Source: Clostridiaceae bacterium (GTDB lineage Bacteria > Bacillota > Clostridia > Oscillospirales > Acutalibacteraceae). From it: a stretch of DNA of 64,000 bases. The position numbers and the translations under genes are program-made. Below the pieces are notes generated by a model. That model worked only from the letters and a program-made list of their open reading frames with translations, made no database searches and was not told the origin of the DNA. Every line of letters begins with the position of its first letter. The stretch's first letter is position 1. Where the stretch lies: contig CAJGCL010000001.1 of the NCBI GenBank assembly GCA_904501675.1, positions 6,528 through 70,527 of the forward strand, in the 5' to 3' direction. Positions 56,615-64,000 of this stretch are shown here, in pieces.

Positions 56615-57380
56615 GAAATATAAAGTTATATCACTTAATCTTAGTCTGATTTTCTTAATAGCAGTTCTTTTTGCTGCCTTTGGCGGTGCTTTATGTGTTA
56701 CCCACACCGCTGTTACAACAAGCGCAAAAGAAAGAATGTTACCCATCTATTCTGTTGAGACAGATAAAAAGCAAATATCCATAACTTTTGATGCCGCATG
56801 GAGCGCTGAAGACACAGACAAACTTATTGAAATATTAAAAAAACACAACGCGAAAGCAACTATTTTCTGCGTTGGTGATTGGGTCAGAAACAATCCTGAT
56901 GCAGTCAAGAAATTCCACAATGCTGGCCATGAAATCGGCAACCATTCAGACACTCACGCTTTATTTACTTCAGTCAACGCAGAAAAGGTAGAAAAAGAGA
57001 TAAAAAACTGTAATGAAGAAATCAAAAAAGTTATAGGTAAAACACCAGCTTTATGCAGGGCACCAAGCGGAGACTACGACAACAAAAGCATTGAAATATG
57101 TGAAAGACTTGATATGAAGATGATTCAATGGGATGTTGACAGCTTAGATTGGAAGTTGCTATCAGTTGATGAAATGTATAATCGTGTTATTCAAAAAGTA
57201 CAGAATGGGTCAATTATTTTGTTTCATAATGGTGTAGAAAACACGCCAGAAGCACTTAATAAAATTCTCACAAAATTAAAAACCGACGGCTACGAATTTG
57301 TAACCGTCAGTGAGTTAATTTATTGGGAGAATTATGAGATTGACCATACTGGCAGGCAGATTCAAACACCAGTAAAATAA
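56613..57380 (+). CDS. polysaccharide deacetylase (NodB) family protein, PdaB-like
   Basis: N-terminal TM. NodB motifs TFDAAW, HSDTH, RAPSG. TTG start 56613 after GAGGTGA. Confidence 0.82.
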   Translation: MKYKVISLNLSLIFLIAVLFAAFGGALCVTHTAVTTSAKERMLPIYSVETDKKQISITFDAAWSAEDTDKLIEILKKHNAKATIFCVGDWVRNNPDAVKKFHNAGHEIGNHSDTHALFTSVNAEKVEKEIKNCNEEIKKVIGKTPALCRAPSGDYDNKSIEICERLDMKMIQWDVDSLDWKLLSVDEMYNRVIQKVQNGSIILFHNGVENTPEALNKILTKLKTDGYEFVTVSELIYWENYEIDHTGRQIQTPVK

Positions 57381-57384
57381 CATC

Positions 57385-58530
57385 TTACTCCCTATTCAAC
57401 TCATATATTTTCTCTAACATAGTTTCTGCAAAAATGCCGTATCCACCTGTTGCATCATTAAGAAAAACATGGGTTACTGCGCCAATGATTTTTCCGTTTT
57501 GTACTATTGGTGAACCACTCATCCCTTGAATTATACCACCGGTTTTATTTATTAATGCTTCATCTGTTATTTTTATTACAAGATTTTTGTTATCCTGCGA
57601 TTTATGGTCGATGCTTGTTATTTTTATTTTATATTCCTGAAGTGAGCCATTTTCAATTGTTGTAAATATAGAGGCTTCACCCTCTTTTATTTCTTCAGGA
57701 TAACCTATTTCGATAATACTGTGAACATTAAACTTATTAAACCTTCCGTACACACCTAAATCGCCATTGTAGTATATTTCTCCTGTCTTTTCATTTTCAA
57801 GATAACCGCAAAGCTCCCCTGCGCAACCGCTTTTTCCTCTCACAAAATTAACAATTGTAACATCAGTTGTTTCACCCTGAGAAATGGGAATAGCCTGCTT
57901 CGTATCAATATCGCAAACTGCGTGGCCGAGAGATGCAAAATAGCCTTCTTTAGTAAAAAATGTTACAGTTCCTATGCCTGCTGAGCTGTCTCGTATCCAT
58001 ATACCTGCTTTGTACTTTCCTTCGCTTTCTGAAAACGCCGTTTTGAATGATAATTCTATGTTTTCGCCATTCCTTAAAACGCCGAATTTCATTTCTTTAC
58101 CGTTACTCTGTTCAATTAAATCCGAAACCTCTTTATTGGTAGTAACTTTAACTCCGTCTACATTTTTTATTATGTCTCCAACTTTTATACCCGCTGTTTT
58201 TGCTGTATCAACAAGACCGTTTTTAGTATCTACACTTTCTGTATCCACCACTACGACGCCATCTGCATAAAGCTTTAAGCCAACAGGATATCCGCCCAAA
58301 CAAACCTTTACTTTGGGTTTTTCTGATAGATCACTGTTACCATCGTTATCGGGGTAGTTCAATTTTTCAATTATATTTTCACTAAACTGATATATGCGTC
58401 CTTTCACGCCATTTATTTTCACGTTTGCCTGAGCAGGTTTTCTGAATGTTGTTGTTAAAAAAACAAGAAACATCAAAACGCCGCTTAAAGTTATAGAAAT
58501 AACGGACATTAAAATTTTTCTTTTATTCAT
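57385..58530 (-). CDS. spoIVB: SpoIVB peptidase (S55) with PDZ domain
   Basis: N-terminal TM, PDZ (GIKVGDIIKNVDG), catalytic GMSGSPI. SD GGGAGGTG. Confidence 0.92.
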   Translation of the reverse strand: MNKRKILMSVISITLSGVLMFLVFLTTTFRKPAQANVKINGVKGRIYQFSENIIEKLNYPDNDGNSDLSEKPKVKVCLGGYPVGLKLYADGVVVVDTESVDTKNGLVDTAKTAGIKVGDIIKNVDGVKVTTNKEVSDLIEQSNGKEMKFGVLRNGENIELSFKTAFSESEGKYKAGIWIRDSSAGIGTVTFFTKEGYFASLGHAVCDIDTKQAIPISQGETTDVTIVNFVRGKSGCAGELCGYLENEKTGEIYYNGDLGVYGRFNKFNVHSIIEIGYPEEIKEGEASIFTTIENGSLQEYKIKITSIDHKSQDNKNLVIKITDEALINKTGGIIQGMSGSPIVQNGKIIGAVTHVFLNDATGGYGIFAETMLEKIYELNRE

Positions 58531-58593
58531 TTTGCACCTCCCTGCACAAATTTAATTTGTGCGAAAAAATGCAAAATAATAATGTAAAATTAA

Positions 58594-58631
58594 TCAAAAA
58601 AGCCTTGCAGTAATTTTACTGCAAGGCTTTT
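58594..58631 (-). terminator. intrinsic terminator after pfkA
   Basis: aagccttgcagta / tactgcaaggctt 13-bp stem followed by TTTTT on the minus strand. Confidence 0.7.
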
Positions 58632-58655
58632 AAAATCATTGAATTTTCTGGATAA

Positions 58656-59630
58656 TCAGATAGAAATTTCGTTTGCGATTCTGTAAAGTTCAAGGTCAAT
58701 TGATTTTTTCATATTGAGAGCTTCGATTATATCGTAGTCAACAATCTGGTCGTGCTTTGTAGCAACAACTCTGTTACCGATATCCTGTTTAAGAAGCTGA
58801 ACAGCATGGAAGCCCATTTTACTTGCAAGAACTCTATCGCGTACAGATGGCGAACCACCGCGCTGAACGTGGCCAAGAACTGTTGCTCGGCTTTCAACGC
58901 CTGTTTTCTGCTCAATGTACTTTGCAAGAGAAGCAGAGTCGATCCCCTTAACACCTTCTGCAACAACAATAACAAAATGCTCTTTACCTGTTTTCTGAGT
59001 TCTCTTCATACGCTCAATGATGTATGAATCAATATCGTAATCAACCTCTGGAATAAGAATACATGTTGCACCAACAGCGATACCTGCATTAAGAGCAAGG
59101 TAACCTGCATTTCTACCCATAACCTCAACGATAGAACATCTGTCGTGAGACTCTGTTGTATCACGAATTCTGTCTACCATATCCATAACTGTATTGAGAG
59201 CTGTGTCGTAACCGATTGTATATTCACAAGAAGCAATATCATTATCGATTGTACCAGGGATACCGATACAAGGAATACCCTTAAGAGTAAGAGCACGAGC
59301 ACCCTTGAATGTACCATCACCACCGATTGTTACAATACCATCAAGACCAAACTCTTTACATACCTCAACCGCTTTATCCTGAACCTCTGACTCTGCAAAT
59401 TCAGGGCAACGAGCTGAATAGAGCATTGTACCACCACGATGGATAATATCTGAAACAGAACGAAGATTCATTTCATACATATCGCCTTCGCAGAGACCTT
59501 TATAACCACGGCGGATACCCATAACGCGCATACCGCTTTCGCATCCGCTTCTAACAACTGCACGAATGGCAGCGTTCATTCCTGGAGCATCTCCGCCACT
59601 TGTAAGAACACCAATTGTTTTCACTTTCAT
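58656..59630 (-). CDS. pfkA: ATP-dependent 6-phosphofructokinase
   Basis: GGDAPGMNAA, GGDGT, PGTIDND, MGR motifs. Confidence 0.96.
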   Translation of the reverse strand: MKVKTIGVLTSGGDAPGMNAAIRAVVRSGCESGMRVMGIRRGYKGLCEGDMYEMNLRSVSDIIHRGGTMLYSARCPEFAESEVQDKAVEVCKEFGLDGIVTIGGDGTFKGARALTLKGIPCIGIPGTIDNDIASCEYTIGYDTALNTVMDMVDRIRDTTESHDRCSIVEVMGRNAGYLALNAGIAVGATCILIPEVDYDIDSYIIERMKRTQKTGKEHFVIVVAEGVKGIDSASLAKYIEQKTGVESRATVLGHVQRGGSPSVRDRVLASKMGFHAVQLLKQDIGNRVVATKHDQIVDYDIIEALNMKKSIDLELYRIANEISI

Positions 59631-59670
59631 GTACCTCCAAAAAACATTTTTATGTTTTCAAATCTCATGA

Positions 59671-59699
59671 ATTATATCACACTAAACAACAAGTTACAA
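59671..59699 (-). promoter_or_regulatory. SigA-type promoter of pfkA
   Basis: Minus strand TTGTAA (59694-59699), 17 nt, TATAAT (59671-59676) with TGa extended -10. Confidence 0.55.
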
Positions 59700-59733
59700 G
59701 AGAATTTGCTAAAATTAGCCATATTAATTGGAA

Positions 59734-62700
59734 TTATTCTCTTATTACTACATTATCTGCGCCTAAAATGTATTTCAGCTCTCTCACAAGAGGTTCATTA
59801 ACACTTGTAAGATAATCTTTTCCAAGGAATTCATATTTAGCAGTATCTTCAAAATATACATACACAGGCATACTGCCCTCAAAAATAGAAACTAGATTTT
59901 TGATTTGTTCTGTCCGGTCAGATATTTTTGAAGAAAGTCTGAGGAAAACGCCTTTTTTCTTAGAAGACGACTGTGTCTTGGGCTCGGCAGATAATGTTTC
60001 GGTTTCCCCAACGCTTTGTATATTCTCTACATTTTCAGGTGCTGGACATATTTTTTCTGCAATAAGCTTAACCTCATCATCTTTAACTGAAATTTTGCCT
60101 TCAACAAGGATAATTGTTCCTGAATTAAGGAAAGCGGCATATGCAGAAAAGATTTTTGGGAAAACAATCATTTCAAGGCTACCATATAAATCCTCAACAA
60201 CAGAAAAAGCCATTGTTTCATCCCGCTTTGTAACTTTCTTTTTAGTAGATTCAACAATACAAAGGAATTTAACAGGCTTGTTATCTATTTCCTTTTCTCT
60301 GCCTGATTCAATTATTTCCTCTAATTGAATTGTTTTAGGGCATTTCAGTGCTTCGCTTACTGCTCTGTACTCCTCTAACGGATGGCCCGAGAAATAAAGA
60401 CCTGCAACTTCTTTTTCAAATGCTAAAAGTTCATTTTGCGGGAACTCCGCAAATTCCGCAAAAACAGGAGTATTCGAAAACGCCTCCCCACCAAAAGCGG
60501 AAAACATATCAAGCTGGCCACCTGCATACATATCACTCTCTTTGGCGGCACTTTCAATAGCTAAATCAAGATTCTGGAGCATTTCTTTTCTGTTCATATC
60601 AAGTCCATCAAGCGCCCCTGCTTTAATAAGGCACTCCAACGCTCTTCTGTTAAGCTCAGGTCCGCTTATGCGTTTACAGAAATCCCAATAGCTTGTAAAT
60701 TCACCATCAAGTTTTCTTGATGCAACTATTTTATCAATAAGCGCTCTGCCGATATTTTTTATACCTAACAAAGAAAAAACAATTTCGTTCTCTTTAACAT
60801 CAAAGCTCTTTGTGCTTTTGTTGACATGTGGTGGTATAACTTTAATCTTAAGACGGTTACACTCATTCATATAAACAACTGTTTTTGTAACATCACCAAT
60901 TACACTTGTAAGTAGAGCTGCCATAAAGGCTTTGGGATGTTTCGCCTTCAGATACGCAGTCTGGTATGCAATAAGACCGTAAGCGGCAGTATGGCTTTTA
61001 TTAAAGCCATATGAAGCAAATGAAATCATATCAGAGAACACATCATTAGCGGTTTTTGCATCAATGCCATTTCTTACAGCACCGTTAATAATATATTCAC
61101 CATTTTCATTTTTTAAGCCGTTTATGAAAATCGCGCGCTCGCTTTCCATAACATCGCGCTTCTTTTTACTCATAGCGCGGCGCACAACATCAGCTCTGCC
61201 ATATGAATAGCCTGCAAGAGTTCTGAAAACCTGCATTACCTGCTCCTGATACACCATACAGCCGTTTGTTTCATCAAGAATATCCTTGAGAAGCGGTGTT
61301 CTGTATTTTATATGGTCAGGATTTTTTCTGTTATCAAGGTAAGTATCAATAAAGAACATAGGTCCCGGTCTGTAGAGGGCAACCGCCGCGGCAATATCGT
61401 GGAATCGTTCAGGCTTCATATTGACTATAAGGTTAGTCATTCCCCCACTTTCACATTGGAAAATGCCAACAGTATTACCCTTTGACATTTCAGAAAAGAC
61501 CTCAGGACAATCAAGAGGAATTTTTGAAATATCAAAATCCGGCTCATATGTTTTTATATATTCAACTGCATCATTTATAACAGTTAACGTACGAAGACCG
61601 AGAAAATCCATTTTTAATAGACCTAACTGTTCAATTTCGGTCATAGTAAACTGGGTTACAGTCTGATCTCCGTTTTTTGCAAGAGGAACATAGCTTGAAA
61701 CCTCATCGCGGGTAATAACAACACCTGCGGCATGAGTTGATGCATGTCTAGGCATCCCCTCAACCCTTATAGCCATATCAATAAGCTTCTTTATGTTTTC
61801 GTCGCTGTTATAAAGCGTCTTTAAATCGTTGTTTTTATTAAGAGCGTCTTTAATATCTTTATAATCTCTTGTAATCTGCTTTGCAACAATATCGCCTGTG
61901 CTGTAAGGCATACCTAGAGCCCTTGCAACATCGCGTACCGCGGCTTTTGCCTGCATTGTACCGAAGGTTACAATCTGCGCTACCCTATCCTCACCATATT
62001 TACGGGTAACGTAATCAATGACCTCACCTCTGCGCTCATAGCAGAAGTCAATATCAATATCAGGCATACTTACTCTTTCAGGGTTAAGAAATCTCTCAAA
62101 GAGGAGTTTGTTTTCAATAGGGTCAATACCTGTTATGCCCAAAGAATATGCCGCAAGGCTACCTGCTGCAGAGCCTCTACCGGGCCCTACAGGAATGTCT
62201 TTTGACTTTGCAAAACGTATGAAATCGGCAACAATAAGGAAATAATCATTGAAGCCCATTTCGTCAATTACGGAAAGCTCGTAATCAAGTCGTTCAATAT
62301 AACTTGGGGGTATTTCCCCCATAATTTTCTGAAGACCGTTTACACATTCATTTTTAAGATATGCTTTATGGTCATCTGTAGGGATATCAAAAAGAGGAAG
62401 TTTGGTTACACCAAATTCAAAATTGAAATTACACTGTTCTGAAATAACCTGAGTATTACTGATTGCTTCAGGATAATCGGAAAAGGCCTCTATCATTTCT
62501 TCTGCTGACTTGAGATAGAATTCATCACTTTGGAATTCAAGGGCGTTATCCTCACCTACTACCTTGTTTGTCTGAATAGCGATGAGAACAGTTTGCATAT
62601 CTGCATCCTGACGCTGAACATAATGCACGTCATTAGTTGCAACAACAGGAATATTAAGTTGACGGGAAAGCTCAATAACGCCTTCAATTACCTCTTTTTC

Positions 62701-63246
62701 CTCAATCATTCCGTGATTCTGTATTTCAAGGTAATAGTTGCCCTCCCCAAAGGTATTTTTATACCATTGAGCGGTTCCTTTTGCATCTTCAAAATTGCGC
62801 TGTAAAATTTTCTGCGAAACCTCACCAAAAAGGCAACCTGAAAGGGCAATCAAGCCCTCGTTATACTTTGAGAGAAGCTCCCTGTCCACCCTTGGTTTTG
62901 TGTAAAAGCCATCTACCCATGCTGAAGAAACAAGTTTGAGAAGATTTTTGTAGCCTGTTTCATTTTTACAGAGAAGAATAAGGTGATAGCGCTGGCTGTC
63001 TATTCCGTGGACTTTATCGAATCTGCTACGCGGAGCAACATAGACCTCACAACCTATAATAGGCTTTATACCCTGTTCTTTACAGGCTTTATAAAAAGCT
63101 ACCGCACCATACAATACGCCATGGTCAGTTACAGCAAGACTTTTATGACCCGAATTTTTGGCATAAGAAACTAACTCCTCAATGCGACAAGCACCATCAA
63201 GGAGACTATATTCCGTATGAAGATGTAAATGCGTAAAATCTGTCAT
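59734..63246 (-). CDS. dnaE: DNA polymerase III subunit alpha (DnaE type)
   Basis: PHP domain HLHLHTEYSLLDG, polymerase core, C-terminal OB fold. 1170 aa. Confidence 0.96.
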   Translation of the reverse strand: MTDFTHLHLHTEYSLLDGACRIEELVSYAKNSGHKSLAVTDHGVLYGAVAFYKACKEQGIKPIIGCEVYVAPRSRFDKVHGIDSQRYHLILLCKNETGYKNLLKLVSSAWVDGFYTKPRVDRELLSKYNEGLIALSGCLFGEVSQKILQRNFEDAKGTAQWYKNTFGEGNYYLEIQNHGMIEEKEVIEGVIELSRQLNIPVVATNDVHYVQRQDADMQTVLIAIQTNKVVGEDNALEFQSDEFYLKSAEEMIEAFSDYPEAISNTQVISEQCNFNFEFGVTKLPLFDIPTDDHKAYLKNECVNGLQKIMGEIPPSYIERLDYELSVIDEMGFNDYFLIVADFIRFAKSKDIPVGPGRGSAAGSLAAYSLGITGIDPIENKLLFERFLNPERVSMPDIDIDFCYERRGEVIDYVTRKYGEDRVAQIVTFGTMQAKAAVRDVARALGMPYSTGDIVAKQITRDYKDIKDALNKNNDLKTLYNSDENIKKLIDMAIRVEGMPRHASTHAAGVVITRDEVSSYVPLAKNGDQTVTQFTMTEIEQLGLLKMDFLGLRTLTVINDAVEYIKTYEPDFDISKIPLDCPEVFSEMSKGNTVGIFQCESGGMTNLIVNMKPERFHDIAAAVALYRPGPMFFIDTYLDNRKNPDHIKYRTPLLKDILDETNGCMVYQEQVMQVFRTLAGYSYGRADVVRRAMSKKKRDVMESERAIFINGLKNENGEYIINGAVRNGIDAKTANDVFSDMISFASYGFNKSHTAAYGLIAYQTAYLKAKHPKAFMAALLTSVIGDVTKTVVYMNECNRLKIKVIPPHVNKSTKSFDVKENEIVFSLLGIKNIGRALIDKIVASRKLDGEFTSYWDFCKRISGPELNRRALECLIKAGALDGLDMNRKEMLQNLDLAIESAAKESDMYAGGQLDMFSAFGGEAFSNTPVFAEFAEFPQNELLAFEKEVAGLYFSGHPLEEYRAVSEALKCPKTIQLEEIIESGREKEIDNKPVKFLCIVESTKKKVTKRDETMAFSVVEDLYGSLEMIVFPKIFSAYAAFLNSGTIILVEGKISVKDDEVKLIAEKICPAPENVENIQSVGETETLSAEPKTQSSSKKKGVFLRLSSKISDRTEQIKNLVSIFEGSMPVYVYFEDTAKYEFLGKDYLTSVNEPLVRELKYILGADNVVIRE

Positions 63247-63251
63247 ATCAA

Positions 63252-63950
63252 TTACTTTTGACCGTAGTAGGCGTCCTTACCATGTTTTCTGAAATAATGT
63301 TTATCTGAAAGATATTTGTCGATTGGCTCAACATTGTTTTTCAAGTTTTCTGTTTTCATTGCCATTTCTGCTACAATTTCAAGAACAGCGGCGTTATGAA
63401 CAGCATCACTTGCGTTTTTACCAAACACAAACGGAGCGTGAGAACGAACAAGAACGGCAGGAGTTGACTGAGTTTCAAGACCATTTTCTTTAAAATGAGC
63501 AACAATAACCTTACCGGTATTAAGCTCATACTCTGTTTTAACTTCTTCTTCAGTCAATGCTCTTGCGCAAGGAACGGCTGTATATGAAAAATCGGCATGT
63601 GTAGTACCGTAGGCAGGAATATCTCTACCCGCCTGAGCAAATGCAGAAGCGTTAACAGAATGAGTATGCACAACTGCATTTAATTCGCTGAATTCTTTAT
63701 AGAGAACATAGTGAGTCGGTGTATCTGATGACGGGTTATAATCACCCTCAATAACCTTACCATCTTCAAGGGATACAATAACCATTTTTTCAGGTGTTAA
63801 ATCATCGTATGGCACTCCTGATGGCTTTATCGCAAAAACCCCGGCGTTTCTATCTACCTGAGAAACGTTTCCCCAGGTAAATGGCGCAAGACCATGGGCG
63901 TGGAGCTCTTTATTTGCATCACAAACAACCTTTTTCAACTCATCAAACAT
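63252..63950 (-). CDS. araD: L-ribulose-5-phosphate 4-epimerase
   Basis: Collinear with E. coli AraD: TWGNVS, IKPSG, PSSDTPTH, VHTHS, GTTHAD, KHYFRKHGKDAYYGQ. Confidence 0.9.
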   Translation of the reverse strand: MFDELKKVVCDANKELHAHGLAPFTWGNVSQVDRNAGVFAIKPSGVPYDDLTPEKMVIVSLEDGKVIEGDYNPSSDTPTHYVLYKEFSELNAVVHTHSVNASAFAQAGRDIPAYGTTHADFSYTAVPCARALTEEEVKTEYELNTGKVIVAHFKENGLETQSTPAVLVRSHAPFVFGKNASDAVHNAAVLEIVAEMAMKTENLKNNVEPIDKYLSDKHYFRKHGKDAYYGQK

Positions 63951-64000
63951 AAAATCACCTATATACTTAAATTTAATAAATTATATATCTTATTTTATGG

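Noticed and set aside
1-64000. Looked for rRNA/tRNA genes, CRISPR repeat arrays, IS/transposase/integrase genes, toxin-antitoxin or defence-system gene pairs
   Set aside because: No regularly spaced direct repeats, no tRNA-like T-arm motifs in the intergenic gaps, and every ORF above about 75 aa has a housekeeping, sporulation or conserved-DUF assignment. The scan was by eye, so short or degenerate elements could be missed.

Overview
AT-rich, very gene-dense chromosomal segment from a spore-forming Firmicute. It looks Clostridia-like, but the taxon is a guess from gene content. I call 63 protein-coding genes, 55 on the minus strand, nearly all core housekeeping. They include ruvCAB, glmM, ECF transporter ecfA1-ecfA2-ecfT, truA, folC-valS, rplM-rpsI, metF-metH, and the conserved block yicC-remA-gmk-rpoZ-priA-def-fmt-rsmB-rlmN-prpC-prkC-rsgA. 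Further along are scpAB, ytfIJ, dacB, rluB, prmC, an OmpR/HK two-component pair, cdaA-cdaR, ispF, spoIVB, pfkA, dnaE and araD. I saw no rRNA, tRNA, CRISPR array, IS/transposase, integrase or phage genes, so this is not an accessory island and I found no convincing new multi-gene system. The points most worth follow-up are these. (1) An orphan 278-aa protein with about 30 cysteines lies next to an SH3b plus PflX-like radical-SAM bicistron. (2) A 24-codon spoVM gene is absent from the ORF track. (3) A tightly packed, partly overlapping run links cdaA-cdaR to an FG-GAP-like lipoprotein, a two-component system, DUF1385 and prmC, while glmM sits about 43 kb away. (4) Two terminator-like hairpins have 3' arms that contain the Shine-Dalgarno of the next gene. 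(5) A terminator-flanked spacer holds a 38-codon hydrophobic ORF. Several ORF-track N-termini are read-through extensions; I trimmed them to starts with a plausible SD. All family assignments rest on motif recognition and memory, not on searches.
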